From assembly GCA_000004985.1 (NCBI GenBank), contig GG738862.1: 64,000 nt of DNA. The stretch is one strand, 5' to 3'. Positions 19,773-32,203 of the stretch are shown here, in pieces. Origin of the DNA: Naegleria gruberi. Its lineage: Eukaryota. Position numbers and translations under genes: made by a program. Within the stretch, counting starts at the first letter, position 1; the number at the start of each line of letters is the position of its first letter. A model generated the notes under the pieces. The model did not search any database. It worked only from the letters and a program-made list of their open reading frames with translations, and was not told the origin of the DNA.

Positions 19773-22133
19773 TTGGATATAGAAATGGATGAATTTATAG
19801 TAAATACAGTTACAGATACTATTGAAAATGTAATAGTATCATTTAAATGTAAAAGTTATTGGTTTATTTCATTTGATGGTGTTGCAACTAAATCTAAAAG
19901 ACTTTTACAAAGAGATAATAGAGCTAAAACTTCACGTAAATCAAATAAACAGTTATTTAATAATAATAATAATAATATAGATGATAATAATAATATAGAT
20001 GATAATATAGATGATAATAATATAGATGATGAACAAGTTGATAAAGAAGATCTCATTGAAGATAAAGAAGATTTCATTGAACAAGATGATAATAATATTA
20101 TTATTATTGAAAAAGAACAAGATGAATTAAATGATGATGAACAAGATGAAAATCCAAAAAAAAGAAAATTAAATGATGATATCAATGAAGAGAATGATAA
20201 TAATATTAATAATAATAATACTACTCCTATAACAAATATATCTAATAATAATACAAATACTAATAATAATAATATAAATAATAATAATAATATAAATATA
20301 GATAATGTAGAATGTAAAAGATCATTAAGTGTAGAAATATCACCTGGTACAAATTTAAGTAAATTAATGTATGAATCAATAACTAAATTAACATACCAAA
20401 TATGTAAAAAATTAAAAATAGATATATATGTATCATCTACTAATAGATCAGGTGAAGGTGAAACTAAAATAATTGAACATTTAAGACAATATTCTAAAAA
20501 TAATACATTACCTAAATCAGTATTAATTATATCACAAGATTCAGATATGATTTTAATACCATTAATTAATTCAGATATTAATTGTTCTTTTTATATTTTA
20601 ATACCAAATTCAATACAACATTTTAAATCTGGTAATTTTATTGATGTTACAAGTTTTAAATTATTTTTATATAATTTTATTTCTAAAAATAAATTTAAAA
20701 AAATAGATAATTCTAATATAAATAGTAATTATTCTATAAATAATTATAAAAATATTCATCAATTATGTTTAGATTTTGTTAGTATTACATTATTAGCAGG
20801 TGGATGTGATTATTTTAGATATTTTCAAAAAGGATTTATAAGAAATTGGAGAAATTATTTTAAATTAATTGAAAATTCATCTAATTTTAATATTTTTGAA
20901 TTAAATATTTTAAATAATTCAGAAATTGAATTTACAATTAATTGTAATAATTTTATATCTGTATTTGGAAGTAGAGTACCATATACACAAATGGAAATGA
21001 AAAGTGATCCAAATAATGCAATTTTATTTTTTAAACAATTATGTGCATGTATTTTACAATTTAAAGGAATAATTCCAATTATGGAATATTTTAATAATCA
21101 TTTAAAAATGATTGATGTTTTACATTTATTTTCTTTAAATAATAATTTTTATGAACAAGTTGAATTTACAAATAATAATAATATTACTAAATTTAGAAAA
21201 GTAATTACAAAAACATTTAAAGATAAAATTAAAATTTTAACAACAATTGAAGAATTAACAGATAAAACAAATTTAACTCCACTTGAAGGTTTAATTTCAA
21301 TGATTAATAATTTAAATTATCATGCATTACCAAATCAAAATTTAATTGAAATTTTTAAACATGAAGAATTATCTTTTATTTTAAATATAAATACAAAAAT
21401 GGAAAAAAAATATTGGACTTTAAATGATCCTTATTTAAAAATTAGAAATTTTATTAATGAATGGAAAATTAAATATTCAAATATTAATGATAATGAAATT
21501 AATAATATTAATACTGGTACTTTATATTTAAAATATAATGATTATAATAATATATTGACTTTTATGGAAGGTAATAGACCATTTATGGAATTTAATAATA
21601 TTGATTTAAATTTAAATTTAAATAATAATTATCATAAATATTTAAATATTTCAAATATAATTACTGCTCCTTCTATTGATCAAATTAATTTATTAAAATT
21701 ATTTGATGAAACTGATCCACATAAAAATTTAACTAAATTAGTTTATAAAAGACAAAGACGTCCTAATAATAATAATAGAAATAGAAATAATAGAAATAAT
21801 AATAATAGAAATAGAAATTATGATAGAAATGATAATTATGATAGAAATAGAAATGATAATAATAGAAGTAGAAATTATGATAGAAATTATGATAGAAATG
21901 ATAATAGAAATACTACTATTGAAGATAAGAATAATGATAAAAGTAGTTATGATAATAGAAGAGATGATAGAGATAATAATTATAGAAATTATGATAGAAA
22001 TTATGATAGAAATAGAAGTTATAATGATAATAGAAATGATAATAGAAATTATAATAATAATAATTATAAAAGAAGAGATAATAGAGGAAATACTTTTTAT
22101 AATGAAAGAAAAGATAATGATAGAAATAAATAA
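19773..22133 (+). CDS. XRN-family 5'-3' exoribonuclease homologue (divergent). It lacks the canonical extreme N-terminus and has an N/D-rich insert and a C-terminal RN(Y)D repeat tail.
   Basis: [27 protein letters not shown] compares with XRN1 [48 protein letters not shown] compares with [37 protein letters not shown]...[14 protein letters not shown] compares with PGEGEHKIMEFIR...LYGLDADLIMLGL. Confidence 0.55.
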   Translation: [786 protein letters not shown]

Positions 22134-22401
22134 TTATTAAATATGGAGGTAAAGCAATTTATTTAATAAATTTTATCTAAAAATTCTTTGATTAAAGGAT
22201 TTGGAGAATAAAACACAAGTTTCATGATATCAAATTGGTTTAGCATTACAATTTGCACCTACAATACCATTGTTGTTGATTTAGCAATTAGATCAGACAA
22301 TATTCACTACTTGTGAAATGATAATAATTAAATTAAAATTAAATATACTTAAATATAAATATAATTAAATATAAAAATTTCAATTAAATATAAAAATCAT
22401 C

Positions 22402-23774
22402 TCAATTAAATAATTCATAAATAGGTCTAAATGATTTTTGTTGAATAACTTGTGGTATTTCTAATAAACCTCTCAATGCTTTTAAAATATCAATACCTAA
22501 TAAAACACCTAACATTCCAGCTAAATCTCCTAATAATTGTAACATTGTTTTACCTGCAATTTCACTAACTTGATGAATATTTAAAGTAGAATAAGCAAAT
22601 GAAACAACAACAATTGAATCTTCTTTAAAAGTTAATTGTACATTTGAAATACGTGAATCCCAATGTATTGAATGTAATGGATATTCTTCAGTTGATTTTA
22701 ATCTATTAGTTTCAATTTTAGTTAAAGTAAAGAAATTATCAACGTATGGTATTGCAAAATTAGTTTCAGCAAAAACTAGTGGAATTGAACCAATTTCATG
22801 AAATGATGCTTGTAATCCAAATCTTGAATCTCTATCAGATTTTACAGGTGGTAATGTAAAATACATTGAAATACTACCACCATATCCTGTTGTTTTAACT
22901 GCTAATGGTTTACTTGTATCATTATTAAATACATAACATTGAAATACTTGTCCATTTTGTTCAATTACTGTTTCACTTAATTTAAATGGACATTCATATA
23001 TTGTACCATCTGTATCATTCACCATTGTACATGTTTTTAATGTTAAATTACAATAATCACAATAATATTCTGCATTCCAATTACATATTGTTACTATTTA
23101 ATTATATTATTATATTTTAATTATATTATTATATTTTTAAATTATTATGTATTTATATTATTAATTATTTTAATATTTTAATATTAATTATTATATTTTA
23201 ATAATAAAAATAACATACCAGCAGGATAATTTAAAGGTACTTGTTCAATATAAGAAATAGAAGTGGATGGATTTGTTTGTGCATCTAAATAACCATTTAT
23301 AGAAGAATATAAATAAAATAAATAAACACCAATACATATTAACCATCCAATTGATGTTATAATTTCAGATATTCTTACACCTGTTCTTATTTGTAAACAA
23401 TCTGCATGATCATTTTGTGATTCTAAATCATCTCCATCTCCATCTTCATATTTATGTATATTTTTAACTCTAGGTGTTAATACTTTTGAAAGTGTATCTA
23501 ATGTTGTTGAGTGATGTTGTTGATGTTGTATTTCCTTATTAAATGATTGATTATTATTTGTATTTTTCATTAAATTATTATTTTGTTGTTGTTGAGATTC
23601 AGGATAATCAATACAACAATTATTATCCATTTCAACTTGTATCGGAGGTTGTGGTTCAAAATCATCTAATGTTGGAAGCCTACTTGATGCTACATGTGAT
23701 GTTTGAGCCTTATATCCATCTTGATTTGTTGTTGTTGTAGATGTTACTGAGGTATTAAGATTATTATTCTTCAT
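22402..23774 (-). CDS. DEG/ENaC/ASIC-family cation channel homologue with two exons, 23219..23774 and 22402..23093. The 125-nt intron 23094..23218 starts GTATGT and ends AATAG.
   Basis: Exon 1 has a long N-rich N-terminus, TM1 ITSIGWLICIGVYLFYLY, then ...NYPA|. The splice creates YPAVTICNWN (compare the conserved post-TM1 FPAVT(I/L)C). A Cys-rich ectodomain follows. C-terminal TM2 LLGDLAGMLGVLLGIDILKALRGLLE aligns with ASIC [26 protein letters not shown]. Confidence 0.6.
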
Positions 23775-25353
23775 TTATTGTTGATGTTAATGTTGGATGT
23801 AGTAGTTGTTGTATATATATATTAATTGATTATTTCATGAATTGGATGTTGTGTTGTTTTTTTCATTTTATGAAATATACAGGTTTTGGCGCCATGCAAC
23901 TACAAGTTCACGGTTTAGCTAATTTTGGGTTGTTTAACTGCGCACCTGTTTGAGGGAATCAAGGCTAACTGTAGAAATATATCTAGAACTGGTTGATCAT
24001 CCTTTGAATTCATTTTACATCTCCAATAATTCAAAATAATAACCTTCTTTCCAAGCAATTATTTAATACATCATCAATTACAACAAATGAGTCAGTTATG
24101 GAAATATTATCATTTATTGTGGAAGCAAAGTTAAACAAAACTCAATCACAAAGTTTGATTTAAATCAACTTCACAAGTTATTACCTCCTTGTAATCTTCC
24201 AAATCATACTTCAAGAGTTTACTTTTGTGAAGAATCAGTTTCAAAACATTCTCAAACAATTTGTGAAATATTTGATATTAACAAATTCTAGACCCCTAGA
24301 AAGACATGAAAAGGAAGTAATTTCAGATTTATTGTGCCTTGACAATGAATATTAGATTCGTACTAACAGAAGATTCAAGCTAGGACAACTCCAGTATTTG
24401 GACATGAGCCGAATAATTTAACAGATTGAAATAATGAAAGTTGCTTCAAGCTAACACCAAGGTGAAAAGTCCTTTGTTTAAAATTGATATTATTACTTAT
24501 AATAAGTTGATACAACTATATTGTTACCATTATCTGGTGTCATGTTTGGGACGGTATAAGAGGATGTCCAAAACTAAAATACACTTTAAAACTAGAAGGC
24601 TGCAGATTACAATAGGTTTACATGCATTTTGCGCTGAATGTTTGACAGGCGATAAAATAAGTAGATGATATCTAGATACACATTATACTGTTGTATTTCA
24701 ACATACATATACATACATTCAACAACTGTTGATTACCGTACAATCTAGTGATAATTACAAGTATCAACTAGGATAAACACTACCGCGACATAGATACCAT
24801 GTACTTCACAAGAAAATGATTTATCACTGAATATTGGTGCCGTAAGCGAGTGTATGCATATTTAGTGTATGTCCAACTTAGAGTGTATCTTATATAACAT
24901 ACTATATCTAATACAGTTATGGTATTGGAATAGCCATTCTTCTCGGGTTGACAATATTAGCTCAAGGTTTACTCTAGGGTGCACCAAAATTAAGTTTTCA
25001 GGATATGAGATGTTTGCTTTGAACTACTAGTACAAAACAACCCTATCAGTTGTTTTACTCTCTAGTTTGGAATACTTGTATTACAGGAATCTTCGAAGAG
25101 TATTTGGCAATTTTTTGTTATATATACTATTTCTTGTATTCAGAGAACCTGCCACTAACGAATTCTTGTCAATTAATAACCACAATATTTCAATCACTTC
25201 TTTTCACCTACGACCACAAAGGAAGATTGGTTAATAGCATTCTCTAGAAACATTTCTTGTGGTCAGCTTGTGTCGTTCTTTGCCAAAGAAGGTTACATCA
25301 ATTCCTAAATTGCGCTATTAGGATAAATTCCATTCTGAAAAGTTTTAAAAAAC

Positions 25354-27918
25354 ATGTCATTACACGATGATCAATTATCCTCCTCTATTACAACTCCCCA
25401 ACAAGATGATGATATTAATAATAAAGATATTGTTGATGAATTGAATAAATATGATATTAATAATAATAATATATTTGGTTATAATAAACAAATAAATAAA
25501 AAACAAATTATATATGGATGTGGTGATGGATTTTGGAAGAAACAAACCGATATAATATCAATTACTAAATTAACAAATTTTGATAAAATAGATTATTTAC
25601 AAAATTATATATTAAATGATAAAATAATTAAATTTAAATGTAAAGATCAATTATGTATATTTCTTACTAGTAATGGAAATGTATATAAAATGGGACAATG
25701 TACATTTATAAATAATTGTACAAATATTCCAACATTAATTAATAATTTTAAAAATGATAAAATTATTGATTTTTCNNNNNNNNNNNNNNNNNNNNNNNNN
25801 NNNNNNNNNNNNNNNNNNNNNNNNNNNNNNNNNNNNNNNNNNNNNNNNNNNNNNNNNNNNNNNNNNNNNNNNNNNNNNNNNNNNNNNNNNNNNNNNNNNN
25901 NNNNNNNNNNNNNNNNNNNNNNNNNNNNNNNNNNNNNNNNNNNNNNNNNNNNNNNNNNNNNNNNNNNNNNNNNNNNNNNNNNNNNNNNNNNNNNNNNNNN
26001 NNNNNNNNNNNNNNNNNNNNNNNNNNCTTTTATAGAATATAAAAAAAATGGTAAATATCAAGTTGACTATTTTTATACTTTAAATTTTACAAATATTACT
26101 AAAATAGTAAAAGAATGTAATAAAAATAAAAATATATTTATTAATAATAATAAAATACAAGATATTAAAGATATTCAATGTAATGGTATTAATACTATAA
26201 TTATTTATAATGATAATACAAATATATTATCTCCTTTATTTAATGATTATTATAATCCAATTAAAAATGAAATTATTTTAAATAAAGTTTATAATAATTT
26301 TATTTTTGAAAATGTATATCAAAAATTAATTTTAAATGAATATCAAATTTTATATTTAAATAATAATAATGAATGTAAATTTATTGATTATAATGGTAAT
26401 TTATTTAAAATGGATAATATTATAAATATGGAAAGTGGTACATTTCATAGTTTTTTACAAACTATTGATAATAAATTTTATTCATTTGGATCTAATGAAT
26501 TTGGTGAATTAGGATATAATAAGAAATTTAATGAATTAAAACAAGTTGAATTACCATTTACTATTAAGGAAGGTGATAATGTTCAAATTTGTTGTGGTAA
26601 AAATTTTACTATTTTAATACATGAAACAGATAATGATGAAATATTTAAAATTAATAATTTAATTGTAACTGATAATTTTAATTTTAATTATGAAATTAAT
26701 TCAAATTTTTATTTAAATTTAAATTTATTAAAAAATATTTCCAATGATTTTTATAATTTAATTACAAATAATAATATAATTGAATATTTAAATGAAAATG
26801 ATCAAAAAGCATTATATTATTTAATTAAAAATGCATTAATTAATTTAAATAATTTAACTAATTTAGATGAATTATTTATTAATTATGATAAATTTATAAA
26901 ATTAATTTCCTTTAATGAAATTGAATTAAATTTAGTAACATGTCTATTTATATTAAATGATATAAATGATATTAATAATGAAATTAAATTATTATTATTT
27001 AATGATCTATCAAATAGAATTAATATTGATAATATTATGAATATTTTACAAAAAGTTAATAATTATCTTTCTTTAAATATTTTAAAACAATCTAAAAATA
27101 GTATTTTATTATTATTAGCAAATAAATGTTTAGCATTTATTAAAGAAAATGAAAAATTATTAAAATCAGAAAAATTATTTGAAATTATTAAAGATAAATT
27201 ATTAAATATTAAAAAATCATTTAAACAAATTATTTATAAAATTGATAATATTACTACTATAAATGGAATTGATAATAATATTAAAAATATAAATGAATCA
27301 TTAAAATTATTATATAATAATAATGAAAATAATGATATTAAAATTATAATTGATGAAAATTCAAATGAAATATTATATTTACATAAAAGTATATTATCTA
27401 TTCATAGTCCAGTTTTAAATATTTTATTTAAAAATTTAAATATTAATGAAATTAATTTATATGAATTTATTGAAATGATGATATCAGATGAATGGATAAT
27501 TAATTTATTTAAATATTCAAATAAAATTAATGAAATATTAAAAATAATATTTAAATTATGTTATGGATATAAATTAAATAATTTAAATTTAAATAATTTA
27601 ATTGGTATTTTAATTATTTCACAACAATTAGATATTACATGGTTAATTAAATATACATGTAATTTAATTATTGAAAAATTTAATGAAATTAATGATACTG
27701 AATTTATTTTATTACTAAATTTAGTATCAATTTCACAAAATAATAATAATTGTAAAGAATTTGTTGAATATTTTAAAATATTTTGTTCAAATAATTTATC
27801 ATTTGATTATTTACAAAAAATACAATCAGTTTGTAAAGATAATCAATCATGTGATAATTTTATTAAAATTATTATTGATTATTATTTAAGAGTACATACT
27901 ATAAATAGAAAATATTAA
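25354..27918 (+). CDS. RCC1-repeat plus BTB/POZ-domain protein (RCBTB-like), extremely AT-rich. The CDS is interrupted by an assembly gap.
   Basis: YSFGSNEFGELGYNKK and GCGDGFW are RCC1-blade-like. ILYLHKSILSIHSPVLNILFKN is the BTB core. The N run inside the ORF is read as X. Confidence 0.4.
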   Translation: MSLHDDQLSSSITTPQQDDDINNKDIVDELNKYDINNNNIFGYNKQINKKQIIYGCGDGFWKKQTDIISITKLTNFDKIDYLQNYILNDKIIKFKCKDQLCIFLTSNGNVYKMGQCTFINNCTNIPTLINNFKNDKIIDFXXXXXXXXXXXXXXXXXXXXXXXXXXXXXXXXXXXXXXXXXXXXXXXXXXXXXXXXXXXXXXXXXXXXXXXXXXXXXXXXXXXXXFIEYKKNGKYQVDYFYTLNFTNITKIVKECNKNKNIFINNNKIQDIKDIQCNGINTIIIYNDNTNILSPLFNDYYNPIKNEIILNKVYNNFIFENVYQKLILNEYQILYLNNNNECKFIDYNGNLFKMDNIINMESGTFHSFLQTIDNKFYSFGSNEFGELGYNKKFNELKQVELPFTIKEGDNVQICCGKNFTILIHETDNDEIFKINNLIVTDNFNFNYEINSNFYLNLNLLKNISNDFYNLITNNNIIEYLNENDQKALYYLIKNALINLNNLTNLDELFINYDKFIKLISFNEIELNLVTCLFILNDINDINNEIKLLLFNDLSNRINIDNIMNILQKVNNYLSLNILKQSKNSILLLLANKCLAFIKENEKLLKSEKLFEIIKDKLLNIKKSFKQIIYKIDNITTINGIDNNIKNINESLKLLYNNNENNDIKIIIDENSNEILYLHKSILSIHSPVLNILFKNLNINEINLYEFIEMMISDEWIINLFKYSNKINEILKIIFKLCYGYKLNNLNLNNLIGILIISQQLDITWLIKYTCNLIIEKFNEINDTEFILLLNLVSISQNNNNCKEFVEYFKIFCSNNLSFDYLQKIQSVCKDNQSCDNFIKIIIDYYLRVHTINRKY
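25777..26026. other. Assembly gap (run of about 250 N) inside the RCC1/BTB gene
   Basis: Contiguous n characters. The frame continuity across the gap is an artefact of the placeholder length. Confidence 0.95.
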
Positions 27919-28746
27919 ATTTGATTACCAATCAGATTTATTAGAATTATTTAGTTATTTATTTTTTATTAGAAATTTATATATTGTGTAATGAAATAAA
28001 ATTATGTTGTGTATTTAAAATTCATAAATTATTTTATTACATCTCGGCAGCCATGAAGAATTGAAATTGTATTATATTGAAGATTCATCAATAATATGGA
28101 ATGATGATGATCCATAGTAAATCATATGGATGACATTCAGTAGTGAATCTTGTGACTTGTCATTATATTATCCAATAAATTTAGATATAAATAATCCCTG
28201 AAATGAACTAATTACAATATCGCCAATAATAGATCAATCCCTTCCAAAAAGAATACATTCAATAGGTGATTGTTATCCATTGTATTATAAGTAAACACTT
28301 TCAATCAATGTATTCTTCACCTCAATGAACCACATATCACCTCAGAGACTAGTAAGTTATCCAATTGATCTGGTTATTGTAATAATAATAGTTGTATTAA
28401 TGTGTATATATTGACATTTGTGGATGTAGGTAATTGAGGTAATAGTTTCGCCACAACCTTACTCAAGACCTAATAAAACAACAATCAATTGTAATATTTT
28501 CAATGACAAATTCATCATTCCATATCAATTATGAACAATTCTGCATCTTTTTACAATAGGTGGTCTTTATTAAAACCAAAATAGGACCTAACAAGATTTC
28601 CCAATTGGTATCGTCAGTGCTCAAAATGGATTCCAGCACAAATATTCGCTATTTTCTTCAACTACAAAGGGACATTTTTTATGATTCAATTTAAAAAAAA
28701 ATACAACAATAATAACTGCAAAGATTTCATTTAATAATAACAAAAA

Positions 28747-31647
28747 ATGTCATCCAATCCAAGTAAATTTTGTTACTTTTTTGGTATTGATCCAAAAAGT
28801 GGTCAAAATTTAACAGAAGGTAATCGTAATATGAAAGATTTATTAGGTGGTAAAGGAGCTAATTTAAGTGAAATGTGTAATTTAGGTGTTCCTGTTCCAC
28901 CTGGTTTTACAATTTCAACTGAAGCCAATGTTTTATTTAACAAACATAATAATTATGCTTCTAATATTGAATTGGAAGGTGAAACTAAAGTTACTAAAGA
29001 TCAACTTCCACAACAAATTATTGATGAAGTTAATCAATATTTAACTAAATTAGAACAAGTTGCTGCTAAGAAATTTGGTTCTCTTCAACAAGAAGGTGAT
29101 AGAGTTTTACTAGTTTCTGTTAGAAGGTTTGTTTTTCATCATTCCGATCATTTAATTTTATATTACTTTTTTAATACAATGATTGTATCATACTCACAAT
29201 CAACACTCATCCATACAATCCATACCCAATCCAATATATAATAATATAATATAATAATATAATAATATAAAAAAAACAGTGGTGCAGCAGCATCAATGCC
29301 AGGTATGATGGATACAATTTTAAATTTAGGATTGTGTGATGATAATTTACAATTAATGATTTCCAATTTTGGTGGTAATGAAAGATTTGTATGGGATTCA
29401 TATCGTAATTTAATTCAAATGTTTGGTGATGTAGTGATGGGAGTCAAGTATGAAAAATTTGAAGAAAATATTCAAAAACAAAAAAAGAAGAGAGGTATTT
29501 CATTAGATATTGATTTAACATTGGAAGAAATTAAAGAAATTGTTCAAGATCATAAAGAAACAATTAGAGAAATGACAGGTGAAGAATTTCCACAAGATAC
29601 AAGACAACAAATGTTTAAAGCAATAATAGCAGTATTTCAATCATGGTCAAATAAGAGAGCAATTCATTATAGAAGAATTCATAATATTAGAGGATTGAAA
29701 GGTACAGCTGTTAATATTCAAACAATGGTATTTGGTAATATTGATAAGAGATCATGTTCAGGTGTTTCATTTTCTAGAAATCCATCAACTGGTGAAAATA
29801 AGTTTTATGGTGAATATTTAACACAAGCACAAGGTGAAGATGTTGTTTCAGGTGTTAGAACTCCTGAAAAGATTGAAAATTTATCAATTGAATTTCCACA
29901 ATGTTATAATGAATTAATTAATATTTCACACAAATTAGAAAAACATTATAAGGATATTCAAGATATGGAATTTACAATTGAAATGAATCAATTATACATG
30001 TTACAATGTAGAAATGGTAAAAAATCAGCTGCTGCTGCATTACAAATTTATTGTGACATGTTAGATGAAAATTTAATTACAGAACAAGAATCAATTTTAA
30101 AAATTGATGCATCACAATTAGATCAATTACTTCATAAATATTTAACAGATGAAGAAATTCAAAAACATGAACCATTAGCAAGAGGATTAGCAGCATCACC
30201 TGGTGTTGCAGTTGGTAGAATTGCCTTTACATCTGAACAAGCAATTGAAATGGCAAAAGAAAGAAAAATCAGAGGTGATGTTATTTTAGTGAGAACTGAA
30301 ACTTCACCTGAAGATTTAGCTGGTATGCAAATGTCACAAGGTTTTTTTACAACAAATGGTGGTATTACTAGTCATGCAGCAGTTGTTGCTAGACAGAATG
30401 GTAAATGTTGTGTTAGTGGTTGTTCTGCATTAATTGTAAATGAACATGAAAAGACTTGTACAATTAATGGTATTGATTTTAAAGAGGGTGATATTATTAC
30501 AATTTCAGGTTCAACTGGTTTAGTTTTTAATGGTGCATTGAAAATGAGTGAACCAACAGTTACAGGTGGTAATTTTGGTAGAATTATGGAAATTGAAAAA
30601 AAGTATCGTACAATGGGAGTTTATGCTAATGCAGATACAACATCAGATGCAAAGAGAGCATTAGAATTTGGTGCTGAAGGTATTGGTTTATGTAGAACTG
30701 AACACATGTTCTTTGAAAAGACTCGTATTATGGATATGAGAAGAATGATTTGTGCTACATGTGATGAAAAGAGACAAGATGCAATTACAAAATTGAAACA
30801 ATATCAAAAACAAGATTTTATTGGTTTATTTAATGTAATGGGTGATAGAAAAGTTACTATTCGTTTATTAGATCCACCACTTCATGAATTTTTACCACAT
30901 GAAGAACATGAAATTGAAGAATTAGCTAATTTATTGAATGAAGATATTCATATTATTAAGAGAAGAATTGAAGAATTAACTGAAAAGAATCCAATGTTAG
31001 GTCATCGTGGTTGTAGATTAGGTATTACTTTACCTAAAATTACACAAATGCAAGCAGAAGCAATATTTGAAGCTGCAATTGAAAGTGAAAGTGAAATTGT
31101 TCATGTTGAAATTATGATTCCATTAATTTCATCCATTCAAGAATTGAGACATCAAAAGGAAATTATTGATCGTATTGCACAACGTATTATTTCATCCTCA
31201 TCTTCTCTATCCAATAAGGTTAAATATAGAGTTGGATGTATGATTGAAACACCACGTGCTGCTTTATTAGCAGATGAAATTGCATCCATTTCAGATTTCT
31301 TTAGTGTTGGATCAAATGATTTAACACAAATGACATTTGGTTTTTCAAGAGATGATGCTGAAAAATTCTTAAAAGATTATATTGAAATGGAATTGACTCA
31401 AAATGATCCATTCCAAATATTAGATAATGAAGGTGTTGGTCAATTAATTAAAATGGCAGTACAAAAAGGTAGAAGTGTTAAACCTGAATTAACAGTTGGT
31501 TTATGTGGTGAACATGGTGGTGAAATGAATTCTGTTCAATTCCTTCATACTTGTGGTTTAACTTATGTTAGTTGTTCACCTTTTAGAATTCCAATTGCTA
31601 GAATTGCTGCATGTCAACAATCTATTTTATCTGCTCAAAAGAAGTAA
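28747..31647 (+). CDS. PPDK: Pyruvate, phosphate dikinase, two exons: 28747..29126 and 29280..31647, separated by a 153-nt AT-rich intron
   Basis: N-terminal [21 protein letters not shown]. Splicing restores LLVSVR|[19 protein letters not shown] (consensus [17 protein letters not shown]). The catalytic-His region [22 protein letters not shown] is present. The C-terminal PEP-utilising domain [10 protein letters not shown]...CRLGI is present. The donor is GTTTGT and the acceptor is ACAG. Confidence 0.9.
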
Positions 31648-32203
31648 CAATTTTTATTATTATGATAATAAATTTAAATTTATAATTCTTAATCATTTTA
31701 CTTGTTATTAGAAGAAAGAGCTTTAAATTAAAATTTTTCTCTGGAACTGAGTTCGATCAACAATCAAATCTGTCAAACTTCACATTAAAAAATGTCTAAC
31801 TTTATGGTACAAGCCACCAAGGACGATTGGAAAACAAGAGACTACGTTGAAGATGTGTCCTTGTGTATTCTTCAAGTAACAGAATTTTTAAATAAATTCG
31901 GTAAGTTTCCACCACTAGAGACTAAACCTAACTTTTTATCATCATTACATAATTTATTCATCATCAAATCATCATCACATCATCAATCATATAATTTATA
32001 ATTTTATCATAAAATAATTATTTCGGAATGATGAAACAATAGAAAGAAACATGAGAGTGAGACTCTTGGAATTGAATGAAAAATTAAACGACTTGGAAAG
32101 AAAGATGCAATATGTTGAAGCTGCTGTGAATTCTATAGAACAATGTCAAAACAAATAATAATAATAATACATCATCATCATAAAATAATAAATTTGTGTA
32201 CTT

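Noticed and set aside
21820-22140. ORF 21820..22140 (MIEMIIMIEIEM...) and 15622..15867
   Set aside because: These are alternative-frame readings of the AT-rich RN/N-codon repeats within the XRN-like and dynactin genes and are not genuine genes.
25735-26061. ORFs composed of X residues across the N-run
   Set aside because: Artefacts of translating the assembly gap.
28747-31647. PPDK as evidence of bacterial contamination
   Set aside because: The gene is interrupted by a canonical AT-rich spliceosomal intron and uses the host codon bias.
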